DNA of 63,961 nt, filler included, from Octopus bimaculoides (Eukaryota): the NCBI RefSeq assembly GCF_001194135.2. It is 6 parts of 6 records of this genome, joined end to end, with 100 filler letters (N's around TTAATTAATTAA, not from the genome) between each part and the next. Parts side by side here need not be neighbours in the genome. Positions count along the whole stretch, not along the records: positions 31,720 to 53,269 come from NC_068997.1; positions 53,370 to 60,746 come from NC_068982.1; positions 60,847 to 62,057 come from NC_068991.1; positions 62,158 to 63,961 come from NW_026382593.1; 2 more parts are not named here. One strand, written 5' to 3'. Within the stretch, counting starts at the first letter, position 1. The number at the start of each line of letters is the position of its first letter. This document shows positions 51,687 to 63,961 of the stretch, piece after piece. Under the pieces are notes generated by a model, which saw only the letters and a program-made list of their open reading frames with translations, was not told where the DNA came from and searched no databases. A program made the translations under genes and the position numbers.

Positions 51687-53369
51687 GTGAAAGTAGAGGG
51701 AAGGCTTAACCATTCCTGGTTTTATGGATGTAGCGTAAGACCTGGCTGGGGGCCCAACTTTCCGAAATTTTTTACAGGGTTTAGAAGAACTGTTTTAGCT
51801 CTTTTTTTTTTTTTTTACCTAAATTGAGAAACTTTTCAACATTACCTCATGTATATTGTTCGACCCAGGGCTATATTAAAGGATACTTGGTGAAATTCTA
51901 CACTACTATTGAACCAAGATAACATGTTTGGAAAGCATGCTTTTGAATCACACGGTTAATTTTACATTTCATTTTCCTTTTATTTTTTCGCGAAGAAATA
52001 TTTGTTTTTATCCTGCTTCGCTGGAAGATAGACATAAGAATGTTTACGAAAAAGAGAAAAGGCGACAAATATAAAACTGCAAAAACACAAGGGAGGAATG
52101 GATTGAAATAAAAAGCAATGGTGAAAATGAATCTAAGAAAAGCAAAGAACCAGCTCTGCTCTGAGTATGAAAGGACTTTAGTCAACGTACATATTCTAAG
52201 TTTTGTTAACAGAAAAGATATCAAGTTGTACGCTAATTCATCAGAAAATTTGACACATAATCACAATCTCATTTTTCTTATGCTGTGTCAGATACCTGCA
52301 GCAAATCAAGTATTTCGGAAATAATTCAAAGGGTACACAGGTTCTATGATTAGTTGCCAAGTAATTATTCCCTAAGGTTTAGCTGTTCTTTACATACACC
52401 AAGGGTATTCGTCAAGTATTGTGCAATATTTTCAATATGTGTTTGTTATGGGCTACGAAAAAACTTCGAGCTGACAGGGACGTTAACACAACAGACAAAA
52501 GGCTAAGCGGCGTTTCTTCGGCTTTTTACTTTCTATGTTCAAATACCACCGAGGTCAGCTTTGCTGTCCATCCTTACATGGTAACAAAATAAAATGCCGA
52601 TCGAGTACTAGGATCGATAAAATCGAATTATCCCCAACCATAAGGCTGCTCCTATTGGCGGCTAGCTAAATCGCCAGATGTATTTTTTTATACTTTTGTC
52701 GTGTTGCTGTTATTGTTGTTGCTACTGTGATCGTGACGGTTAAGATTTGGTTGTCGAAGAAATTTATGGTCGAAGGCATTTTAGCTGCTATGACGATTTA
52801 CTGATTATCATTCGTTAATACAAAATTATTATACGAAACAGTGCACGATTTCAATCACATTTAGCTGATATGTCTAATCGAACAAGAGTGAAACACACAG
52901 GACGCTGGGTTGTAGGCAAATGCCACACAGGACAGCAAAATATATATCAATATAATTAGTCCCTGAGACCAATTTCTACCAGACGTGTTTTGAATTTCAC
53001 CATATCTGTAACCAATTTAACTATAGTTCTAACATAAATGCCATGGCCAACTTTCGAAAGTATGATATGCATTAGATAGCTGAAGCCATTTGTATACGCT
53101 TGAAGTGGTATTTCTCTGCTTATCTCTTGTGTTCTCTAAGCTGTAAGTTGCTTTTATTGTTGGTTTGATCCTCAAAGGGTCAAACGTTTTTCGGGTTTCC
53201 TTGTTGCTTGGATTAGGACGTTTATGCTGCACGGACAGACGTGCATATATATATATATATATATATATANNNNNNNNNNNNNNNNNNNNNNNNNNNNNNN
53301 NNNNNNNNNNNNNTTAATTAATTAANNNNNNNNNNNNNNNNNNNNNNNNNNNNNNNNNNNNNNNNNNNN

Positions 53370-53442
53370 AGAACGTAGCGACGGGCGAAATACCGCTAAG
53401 CATTTAGTCCAGCATGCTGATGATTCTGCCAGCTCGCCGCCT
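53370..53442 (-). mobile_element. SINE family B 5' head next to a gap
   Basis: Reverse complement of GGCGGCGAGCTGGCAGAATC...AAATGCTTAGCGGTATTTCG. Confidence 0.8.
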
Positions 53443-53539
<97 letters not shown>

Positions 53540-53559
53540 CAACAACAACAACAATAATA

Positions 53560-54275
53560 TAATGGTTCTGACCCTAAATGCAGATATTCTGCAACACATT
53601 TGACGAAACAATAGACCATCTCTTCTCGGGATGTCTGTGCTGACACCAAACAAATATAAAAATCGCCACGATAGGGTAGGACAGTATTTACTTTGAAAAA
53701 TATGTAAACACGACAAAATCAGCACTCCTGCTTACTAGTACGAACATCATCCTGAGCCAGTCGTTGAAGGTAAAAATGTCACGACACTCTGGGATTTTCC
53801 AGTCAACACTGACAGAATGATCTAGGTTAATCGACCAGATATAATTATTAAAAACAGGGAAGAAAATACTTGTAGACTAATAGATGTAAGTGTTCCCACT
53901 GATAAAAATATATCTGTAAAGGGAATTTGACAAACTAAGTAAATATAAGGATCTGGATATTGAAATACAAAAGATGTGGCATCTTAAAACGGGAGATGTT
54001 CCTGTTATTATAGGTGCCCTAGGTATTGATAAAAAAGGGATGTCAGAAACATCAAGATAAGATCCCAGGAGAACCATGTCAAGTACTGCTAATCGTTAGA
54101 AAAACCTTATCCATTTAGATGTCTGTGTTGTATTACATGAAGATATTTTGCTACCTTCCCTCCTCAAGTTCTCAGTCATATTGTAACATCCCTTATCCTT
54201 CACTCGCCCCAGGACGCTGGGTGTATCTCGGCAAATGACAATAACAAAGATGCAGATTAAAAGTAAAAAAAAAAA
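53560..54275 (+). mobile_element. R4/Dong LINE, 5'-truncated, flanked by (AAT)n
   Basis: DPKC..ETIDHLFSGC, KNRHDRVGQYL, TLWDFPVNTDR..NRPDIII..LIDVSVP, KYKDLDIEIQKMWHLK..VPVIIGALG. Upstream (AAT)n(AAC)n at 53447-53553, downstream AATAATAATAGTAATAAT. Confidence 0.88.
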
Positions 54276-54299
54276 AATAATAATAGTAATAATTTTTTC

Positions 54300-54490
54300 G
54301 ACTCTGGGCACAAATTTTGGGGGAGAAGGCCAGTGTATTAGATCAACTCCAGTATGCAACTGGTACTTAATTTATCGACACCGTAAGGATGAAAGGCAAA
54401 GGTGACCTCGGTGGAATTTTAACTCAGAACGTAAAGACGGACGAAATACATTTCGTCCGGCGTGCTAACAATTCTGCTACCTCACCGCAT
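54300..54490 (-). mobile_element. SINE family B, near full length
   Basis: Reverse-complement match to 5634-5843. Confidence 0.85.
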
Positions 54491-54556
54491 TATAATAGTA
54501 GTAATGATAAGCCGGCAATGAGAGATCCTCTGCTAATCCAGCCATCTCCTTGGTGA

Positions 54557-54770
54557 AGGTGCGTGGCTTAGTGGTTAAGGTGTCGCACTCATAATCGCAT
54601 GACGGTGGTTTCGATTCTCGGATCGGGCTATGCGTTGTGTTCTTGAGCAAAACACTTCAATTCAGATTTCTCCAGTCTATTCAGCTATAAATTAGCAACC
54701 CTGCTAAAGACAGGCGTTCCGTTCAGGGGGAATATTGTGATCTCCGTTACTCATACGTCATGGAAAGTAC
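54557..54770 (+). mobile_element. SINE family C
   Basis: GCGTGGCTTAGTGGTTAAGG...GGTTTCGATTCTCGG...TTCTTGAGCAAAACACTT. Confidence 0.8.
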
Positions 54771-55375
54771 TAGAGACAATACTTAATTACCCCCCTCTTC
54801 GGATTGCTACTTTGTTTTATCCACCTGGCAAGACCGAAAAACAAAGACGCCCACTGTTGGATTTCAACTCAGAATAGAGAGAATTGGATCAAATAACACG
54901 AGGTATTTTGTCCTGCGCTTTAAGGACCCAACAAGCTCACTGTTTAAATGAGAGAAGTCAGCAATGTCAACAAAACAAGATCCCTTCCAATATTTGCAAT
55001 CATCACAACCGGATCTCGTAGTTCTCCACAGACTGGATTTAAATGACCTGTCATTCGCGCTTATTGTTGTCAGGTGATGATATTATTTCTGATATCATAT
55101 ACAACGATTAATAAATATGTTTATATTATTAAGCTCTGTTTCAGCTTCCTTCATTATATCATTTACTGAATGAATGATTGCTTGTCAGATTTATCAACAC
55201 TGATAAGAAACATATGATCTACAAATATCCGCATTAAATACGTTTGCTTTCAAACTACGCAGCATGCCAAACGTGAATACAGAAGCGCACATACATACGC
55301 ACACACATGTGTATTCACACACATACTCATAGAACCATACCTTAAATGCATATTCATTATATATATATGATATAT

Positions 55376-55622
55376 GATGTGGAGTGGTTGTGTGGTAAGT
55401 AGCTTGCTTACGAACCACATGGTTCCGGGTTCAGTCCCACTGCGTGGTACTTTGGGCAAGTGTCTTCTACTATAGCCTCGGGCCGACCAAAGCCTTGTGA
55501 GTGGATTTGGTAGATGGAAAGTGAAAGAAGCCCGTCGTATATATGTACATATGTGTATGTGTGTGTATATGTTTGTGTGTCTGTGTTTGCCCCCCACATC
55601 ACTTGACAACCGATGCTGGTGT
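55376..55622 (+). mobile_element. SINE family A, 3'-truncated into (TATG)n
   Basis: Close match to the 43460 copy. Confidence 0.9.
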
Positions 55623-55864
55623 GTATGTATGTATGTATGTATTACGTATGTATGCATGTACGCATGTATGTATATATGTGTGTATGTATGCATGTATGTA
55701 TGTATACATGTATGTATCTATGTATGTATATATGTATGTACGTATGTATGTACGCATTATATGTATGTATATACGTATGTATATACGCATGTATGTATGT
55801 ATAAATATATATATGTATATGTGCATGTATCTATGTGTGTATGTTTATATGTATGTATGTGAGT

Positions 55865-56130
55865 GAAGATGCGTGGCTTAGTGGTTAGCGCATTCGGCTC
55901 ACGATTGTAAGGTCATGAGTTTGATTTCCGGCAGCGCGTTGTGTTCTTGAGCAAGACACTTTATTTCACGTTGCTTTAGTCCACTCAGCTACCTGTCTAT
56001 TTGTTCTTTCAGTTTCCGACTCCGAAATCTGCTCACAAGGCTTTGGTTGGACAGCGGTTATAGTAGAAGACAGGCACCACGAAGTTGAAACGAACCCAGA
56101 ACGATGTGATTGGGAAGCAAATTTCTTACG
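55865..56130. mobile_element. SINE family C head (+, 55865-55990) abutting a diverged family A 5' half (-, 56000-56130)
   Basis: GCGTGGCTTAGTGGTTAG...TTGAGCAAGACAC, then TTCTTTCAGTTTCCG...CACAAGGCTTTGGT...TAGTAGAAGACA. Confidence 0.7.
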
Positions 56131-57064
56131 CACACACATACACACAGATACACAGACATACACACGCACATGTAGGTGTATGTGCGTGTGAAAGAAAGAG
56201 AGGGAGACAGGAGGTGTGGGAGAGAGATGTTTGATATTCTATAGGACGTTAACATGTCTATTGGAAATTGTGCTCATCTGACGTCATTAAACACTTCTCA
56301 ACAATAGTGCCAACGAAATAGTCAATGATCAGCTAAATGCACCTGTCGTATACAAGTTGTTTTCCTATAACTATCAACTTTATCAACATTTGTTTTGAAA
56401 ATATCAACTGATCAATAGTATTAAAAGAAATTTAAGTGATTCTCAATTTTTCTTTATTGAACCACATAATTATTCACAAAAAAATTATTCAACTATTGAG
56501 TGAAATTATCTTTCAAAATATTTAGTGATATTTCTGGTTTTGTATTAAATTTCAAAATAAAAGGAAATAATTCGATACACATTGATAATATACAATACAC
56601 TGCTCCATGTTCTTATGACAAAGAAATATCTATTTATCTCATAATTGAAGATTTATCAGTTTGCTTGGATAAGCCACGTAACTAGTTTTCTCGAGGAAAA
56701 CTTGAATGAATTACTTGTTCTCTATAACTGAAGTTCGTTTTATGGTCACTTGGGTAGATTCAGTTGTATACAAACACAGAAAGTAACTAATACCACCCGG
56801 ATAACTGTCGCCTTTATTAACTCTAATTTGTTTATATTCTTTTATTCTTTTATACGTTTCAGCCGTGCAGCTGTTGCCACGGTAAAGCATCACCATGGGC
56901 TGGTGCAGAGTTTTATATTTTGCCTCAAGCAATGCAATGAAATAAATGTTTGCCAAATCCTTTGAGAAATACAGCTGAGAAATTAGACAAACATGGATAA
57001 TGATGTCAAGATATAAATGCAAAGAGGAAAGACATTATATTACCTTACATAGATTGTTTAATTA

Positions 57065-57105
57065 TCAAATAATGTTTCGGGGAAAATTCCCCTTTTCAAA
57101 TAGAA
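57065..57105 (-). ncRNA. Degenerate minimal hammerhead-like motif (U3/A8 variant)
   Basis: Minus strand TCTAT-TTGAAAA-GGGGA-ATTT-TCCCC-GAAAC-ATT. Strong stem II, weak stem I. Confidence 0.3.
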
Positions 57106-57289
57106 GGAAGAAAAATTATTCAAGAGCCCAGAAAAATGTGTTGTTACCGACAGTGGTTTAACTTTTGGCTAGATTCTTAAGGAATTTTTAGAGATTCATG
57201 CATTGGCAACTGAATTCCTCTTAATTTGTTACTTGTACTATTTCGGCGATCATGAAAAAATGTAAATACAAGTTACCATCCGTCCATTT

Positions 57290-57353
57290 CACAGGCGCCT
57301 CTTCTTAGATTCCACAGGCGCCTCTTCTTAGATTCCACAGGCGCCTCCTCTTA
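57290..57353 (+). repeat. 23-bp tandem CACAGGCGCCTCTTCTTAGATTC x2.8
   Basis: Direct inspection. Confidence 0.95.
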
Positions 57354-57420
57354 AGGGTAATACCAGAAGCAATCGTCATTATACTTTCCGGCTGGATTCT
57401 CAGGCGTGACCAACTGAGAC

Positions 57421-57636
57421 TCTTTACTCTTTTACTCTTTTACTTGTTTCAGGCATTTGACTGCGGCCATGCTGGAGCACCGTCTTTAGTCGAGCAAATC
57501 GACCCCAGGACTTATTCTTTGTAAGCCTAGTACTTCTTCTATTCGTCTCTTTTGCCGAACCGCTAGATTACGGGGACGTAATCTAGCCAGCATCGGTTGT
57601 CAAGCGATGTTGGTGGGGACAAACACAGACACACAA

Positions 57637-57667
<31 letters not shown>

Positions 57668-57837
57668 AACATATACATATATATGAGAGGCTTCTTTCAG
57701 TTTCCGTCTACCAAATCCACTCACAAAGCTTTGGTCGGCCCGAGGCTATAGTAGAAGACACTTGCCCAAGGTTCCACACAGTGGGACTGAACCCAGAACC
57801 ATGTGGTTGGTAAGCAATCTACTTACCACACAGCCAC
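57421..57837 (-). mobile_element. SINE family A, full length
   Basis: Complete reverse-complement copy from the (TTTTACTC)n tail to the CTTACCACACAGCCAC head. Confidence 0.92.
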
Positions 57838-57859
57838 AACCACCCCTGTGCCTATAATA

Positions 57860-58260
57860 TTATTCAACCATCTCGTTCTCAGTATTATTCAACCATCTCG
57901 TTCTTGGTCTATTCCTAAGAGTCCTGCTGATGGATTCAGCTTGAAGAATCCATCTTGCGATTTTTCCTGTGCCATTTTAATAACATGTCCATAGTACCCT
58001 TGACAGGGGGCGTAGTTCGGAAATAAGGGAGTCTCTCTCCAGATTGAGCCGTTACCTCTCCACATTATGAGGCCACCCTGTCGAGGAACTTTATTCCATA
58101 CATCCTTCGGAGGAACCTCGTTTCGGCCGCTTTTATTCGCGATCGTACTCTCGATCATTAGCCAACATTGATGATCCTACGCGAGGTTAGACACGAAAAC
58201 TGAATTGAAGATGGCAAGTTTGGCCTTTTTTACCAGCTCCTGCTTTTCTGAGGACTGAAT
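57860..58260 (-). mobile_element. RTE-clade (Rex3/Expander-like) RT C-terminal fragment
   Basis: KKAKLAIFNSVFVSNLA*DHQCWLMIES, KAAETRFLRRMYG, GHVIKM and RPRTRW. Ends in a 25-bp tandem duplication (57858-57905). Confidence 0.7.
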
Positions 58261-59549
58261 TCTGACGCTGACGCATGACTGTACTAACACTTGCAAGTTA
58301 CAACTGGGAAATTTCAAAATAGTGTACAAAAAAAAGAAGTAAAAAGAAGCAAGCAAACATTTAAACTGCATTTTAATGCAATTTGGTCAGCTACCGGTCT
58401 GTTCCAACCAACTTGATACTAAAGTGATTAGCCAGATACAATATATAAATGTTTTACTGGTATGTTCATTCATCTAGTTATTATTATTTGTTCAATTATG
58501 TTATAGATTCTTTGAGTGAATCGTCTGAAATCAAGATAGCAATTTGTCTTTTGCGTCTTTTTCCTTTTTAATTTCTTAACATCTATCAATTTTATAAAGC
58601 GTAATAAACAGAGTGAAAAAAAAACTCATAATTCAAACACTAGTTGTCTCAAAAGATCATAAAGATATAATGAAAATATCATAATTTAAACAATTCTTTT
58701 AATCTTACACACTCAGTTTCTTTTAAACGTATCAAAAATAAAAGAAGAAAGAAATATCAAAGGGTAAAAAAAAAAAGAACATTCATTGTTTCATGTTTTA
58801 AAATATAACCAAAAGCTATTAGCAATATTTGTAAATTGAGACATTTTTTCTCTTTGAAGTAAAAAACAAGTGACACCTAAATATAAACTCTTGTGATAAC
58901 AAAACCATATATTTATATATATTACATCATAATGAAGAAAAAGAGAACTATACATCTTCAAAATTTGTTTATTACAGTATTATTACAGTTTTATAACATA
59001 ATTACTAGATTATCCATTTCTGGGTTGTCCATTTATCTAATGTTCTTTCTAGAGGTAAAACGAAATTTTTTATGTTCGCTGCCCTTGCATGTCCTTTCCG
59101 GTATATATACAGTGAAGCTTTACTATAGCGTCGTAAATTTATCGACTGCTATTTCCAGTAAACATTGGTGCCTTAGGAGTCTATCTTTTTTAAAATCTAT
59201 AAAATAAAATGTCCAGCTACTCTTTGAAGGTCGTGGGATTCTTAGGGAGTTGTCATTATGTTTTTAACACGTGGTGTGAGCTCATGCTGACTTTACCATC
59301 ACAAAAGATATAATCTCTTTTAGGTTTAGCTAAATTATATTAAGTTGAAGAATATACATCAAAGAGAAAATATGACACAAATTTAATATTTTTTGCTCTA
59401 CATCATATAAAGCTTTTAATTTACCAAATTTCTTACTAAGAGAAAATAGTTCATAGTTTTAAAAAAAAATCATATTTGACTCATTTTCATTCTAAGTCGT
59501 TAATTGTTCAGCTGTAGAGGAAAGCGAGGAGAAGAGACAGAAAGAGAGA

Positions 59550-59558
59550 CAGAAAGAA

Positions 59559-59622
<64 letters not shown>
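59550..59622. repeat. (GA)n microsatellite
   Basis: Direct inspection. Confidence 0.97.
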
Positions 59623-59625
<3 letters not shown>

Positions 59626-60676
59626 TGAATTTTTTGCATACAGCTCAAATTTTTCCAGGGCAAAATGTTCTTTATGTAGTTACAGACACTGTTTTCTACG
59701 AGCAAATTTCACAAACGCGATAATTCTGAGACAAGACTGCTTGAAGGTATCCATCTCTCTCTATGCAGTTCGGTAAGTAAAAAAGATTGTACAAGATCGA
59801 GCAACGGTCAAATATTTTTGTATTTCGTGTAATCCAACCTAAAAATGAAATCACGTAAAGCTGTAAATCTTACTTAATACACGAATGGATTACCAGCAAC
59901 GGTTTTTGTCTTCGTGTGTGTCGAGTTCAAATCAGTCTAATAAGCATGATCTCTCTTCAAGCCATTAAAAATCGAAGAATTATGGTTCCGAATAGGAAAC
60001 GATATCATACAGAAGACTCAGTTCACTCAGGTAGAAGCACGCCTCCACTATTTTAGGATTGCATTTATAATCTTTATTCAAAAGATTTTATATTCACTCC
60101 AATATATAAACAGAAAATGTCAGACTTAGTCTTTTGAACTATCCATAGCACAAGCTATCAAACACTTAACATCAAATATCTCTATTTATTACCCAACTCT
60201 TCGCAATCAATATAACTATCGATAGCATATTACTGACCTGACAGAAAATTGGAAGCGTTACGAGGTCAACGTCTTCGTTAATGTCTCAATAAATCTGGCA
60301 AGTAAAGTGAAACAGAAACAGCTAATTATTGAGATCATTTCAAGGATATCACGTATCAATGGTGTTCGCCAATACTTGATAAACATATTTTACATGAGAT
60401 AAACGTATAAGACGTCAGAATGACAAAATCGATTAAGCGGGGACTAAATGTCTTATACTAATTTGTTTCATCCCTGTATGGTCTTGAATTTCAATTCTAT
60501 TGGAGTTAGCTTTGACTCTCATTCTTACAGAGTTGATAAAACAGTAGTCTTTAGAGAATGACTTGCAACGTGGCTGGTCGATAATTGACATATGTGTAGT
60601 TCAAATTTTATAACTCACTTTGTTCTTTTCGGTATTAATATTGAATGTGTGTTTGCTTTGAATTTATGTTACTCTG

Positions 60677-60679
<3 letters not shown>

Positions 60680-60746
<67 letters not shown>

Positions 60747-60983
60747 NNNNNNNNNNNNNNNNNNNNNNNNNNNNNNNNNNNNNNNNNNNNTTAATTAATT
60801 AANNNNNNNNNNNNNNNNNNNNNNNNNNNNNNNNNNNNNNNNNNNNAGTCTGTGGAATGTGGAACAGCGGCAAGGAACAATGGAATCGTAGGAAAGTAAT
60901 GAATGGGACTCTCTCACGGACTAACGGTGGAGAAACTATGCGTAAGCGTGTGTGACTGACTGACTGGAGAATTTTAGGCGTGT

Positions 60984-61024
<41 letters not shown>

Positions 61025-61770
61025 AGTGTGTGTATGTGTGTGTGTGTGTATGTGTGTGAGAGTGTGTGTATGTGTGTGTGTATATGCGTGTGTGTGTTTC
61101 TACGTGGTTTGCGTTGAAGAAGAATTGTCTGTATGTCTGTATATCCGTGTGTGTTCATATTCCTGAGTATGTATATGTGTGTGTGACTGACTGTCGAGAT
61201 TTATGCATCTGTGTATGTGCATGTGTGTGTGTATGGGTGTGTGCGTTCGTGTGCGTGCGCGCGTGACTGACTGGTGGTGAAGAATTTTTGTGCGGATGTG
61301 CCTATGTATGTTTGAATGTGTGTGTGTGTGAAACTGACGGGAGAACCATGAGTGTGCGTGTGTGTGTGTGTGTATGCGAAGGTGCTAGTGTGTGTGCGAC
61401 GGTGATTGAATTGTGAGTATGCATGTGTATATGTGTATGTTGCTAAGACGTTGAATAACTCTGTGTGTGTATGAGAATATTTGTGTGTATGTGTGCTTAT
61501 GGGTAGATGTGTCTATTATTGTGTGTGTACGGAAGGTATAGGTATATGTAACAGACAGTGGAGAGTTGTGAATGTGTGTGTGTCTCTATTAGTGTGACTG
61601 AGTGTATGCTGTAAGCGTGAATGTGTACGAGCACATGCGTTCTGTCTGGTGCTGTGTGTGTGTGCGTGCGACAATTTATGTGTGTGCGTGCGACAATTTA
61701 TGTGTGTGTATGTTACAGTCGTCTTCTGTAAGTTTGTTTGTGTGGATATATATATATATANNNNNNNNNN

Positions 61771-61819
<49 letters not shown>

Positions 61820-62024
61820 ATTTACTCTTTTACTTGTTTCAGTCATTTAGTCGATCAAAATCGACCCCAGGACTTATTCTTTGTAAGCCTAATACTTATT
61901 CTATCCGAGTCTTTTGCCGAACCGCTAAGTTACGGGGACATAAACACACCAGCATCAGTTGTTAAACGATGGTGGGGGACAAACACAGACACATAAGCAT
62001 ACCCCCACATACACACACACACAA

Positions 62025-62056
<32 letters not shown>

Positions 62057-63770
62057 GNNNNNNNNNNNNNNNNNNNNNNNNNNNNNNNNNNNNNNNNNNN
62101 NTTAATTAATTAANNNNNNNNNNNNNNNNNNNNNNNNNNNNNNNNNNNNNNNNNNNNTATATATATATATATATATAAACACTTTATATATAAAGTGTCA
62201 GTCGAGAATATATGAGTGTATGGCTATATAGCAGTGTGTGTATACATACATACATACATACATACATACGTATGGCTGTGATGTTTAGTTATGTCAGTGT
62301 CATAAGTAAGTGTATGGCTGTATCATAGCAGTAATACGTATGTACGTGTGTGTGTATGGCTATATATAACAGTAATATGTATGAGTGTATATGGCTATAT
62401 ATAGCAACAATATGTGTGCATGGCTGTAAGTCAGTGTTATAGACGTATGTCAGTGTATGACTATATATATAAAATTTATGACTCAGTGGATTGGGCATGT
62501 GTGTATGGCCATATATAACAGTAATATATGTATTAACAGTATAACTAATATATACTGTAATAGAAACAGTAATATATATATATATATNNNNNNNNNNGTA
62601 TAACTAATATATACTGTAATAGAAACAGTAATATATATATATATATATAACAGTAATTTATAACAGTAATGTATGTATGTGAGTATAACTACGCCACTGC
62701 TATGTGTATTATGGTTTGTATGCCGTGAACGTGTGTGACAGTGTATGTCAATTCTATATGACATACATGTACAACGATCTACGTGTGTGTCATCTATGTA
62801 TGGTTATTAATTCGAGTCCATGCTTATGTATTTGTGGTATTTATGTGTATGGCATGTCAGTTTTATTTGCGATCATATATAATGTATGTAAACTAAAAAC
62901 GATGCAGTCTTCAAAAGCTCCACATATGAGCTGATGGACAACTGTGAGCGTGTGTGTGTGTATCGAAAGAATAACTGTATGTCATCTACATGTGCATGTA
63001 TGTACGTCTATGGTTTGTGTCAGCTCAATGTATGACAACATATATATATCAGTTCATTGTGTCTGTATGTGTGTGTATATATGTGTGCGAGTACATGGGT
63101 GTATACAAATATCGGTTAACCTTGTGTGTGTGTCTATATACATATATATATATATGTATGTATGTATATATACCAATTCTGTGTAGGTGTATATGTGAAT
63201 GACAATACATTAATTTGGAGTGTGTGACACTATATCAGTTCGGTGTATATATGTGCTGTATAACTGTATATCAGTCCTGTGTGTATATGTGTGTACGACT
63301 GTCAGTTCTATATGTATATGATTATGTCGAATGCATGTGTATGAGTAAATGTCAGTCANNNNNNNNNNATATGTATATGATTATGTCGAATGCATGTGTA
63401 TGAGTAAATGTCAGTCATGTATGTGTCTATATGTGTGTACATGTGTATGTCATGTTTGTGCGTATATATGTGTGTATAACTGTTATTTCTGTAAATACAT
63501 AGTTATATGTTAGTCGTATATGTATGATTGTCAAATCACTATTTGTGTATGATCACATCTCAGTGGGCGAGTGTATATATGTATAGGTATGTCGATCTGT
63601 ATTTGTGTGTACATGTGTAACCTATGTGACAGTCTATGTAACTGAATGTACACATACACACACACACACATGTATGTATATGTTTGTACACATACCTATG
63701 TCAATACATATTTAAGTGCGTGTTTATGTCATTACAATTTTAAGTGTATGCATTACAAACATACATATAT

Positions 63771-63808
<38 letters not shown>

Positions 63809-63903
63809 AATATATATCTGTGAATGTATGTAGAGGCGTGTGTGAATATAAGTAGAAAGATGTGATGTCTGAATATAGATATGTATTTGTACGTAGAGAG
63901 ATA

Positions 63904-63946
<43 letters not shown>

Positions 63947-63961
63947 TTATGTCTCGGAACG
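60680..63961. repeat. Degenerate TG/TA-rich low-complexity field with cryptic minisatellite units
   Basis: Recurring GTGACTGACTG and TATGGCTATATATA.CAGT motifs within imperfect (TG)n/(TA)n; several small gaps. Confidence 0.85.
61820..61995 (-). mobile_element. SINE family A, 3' half with internal deletion
   Basis: TTTACTCTTTTACTTGTTTCAGTCATT then TAGTCGA; the GCTGGAGCACCG block is missing. Confidence 0.85.

Noticed and set aside
60225-60402. Open frame of about 58 codons in unique DNA (WKRYEVNVFVNV...)
   Set aside because: No recognisable homology, weak splice sites, and a length within chance expectation.
62540-63417. Exact duplications of about 47-49 bp on both sides of short gaps (62540/62598 and 63310/63369)
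   Set aside because: Typical unmerged contig overlaps; they cannot be called real tandem repeats without reads.

Overview
Eukaryotic, AT-rich, very microsatellite-rich genomic DNA with many assembly gaps. The SINE families and the repeat landscape point to an octopus genome; this is an inference from my recall of those repeats, not a database result. I recognise no host protein-coding gene, rRNA, tRNA or CRISPR array, so the window looks intronic or intergenic. Most ORFs in the track are artefacts of N-runs or simple repeats. What the sequence supports is a dense set of decayed transposons: a truncated Ty3/Gypsy element (gag zinc knuckles, protease, RT) with an intact -1 frameshift signal; a full-length Tc1/mariner copy with TIRs and TA TSD; a long degenerate Helitron plus a Helitron 3' end; a hAT MITE with a perfect 8-bp TSD; a fully palindromic MITE; a long-arm foldback element; two Penelope-like (Neptune-type) RT/GIY-YIG relics; five R4/Dong LINE fragments; two RTE-clade fragments; and many tRNA-derived SINEs. 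The most interesting signal is a dispersed set of hammerhead-ribozyme-like motifs in short non-coding Penelope-type fragments, several beside (TA)n tracts. Two of them have an unusually long, internally structured stem II. A candidate regulatory islet at 27.2-28.0 kb carries clustered AGGTCA half-sites (two perfect DR3s), a near-perfect CTCF-like motif and a splice donor.
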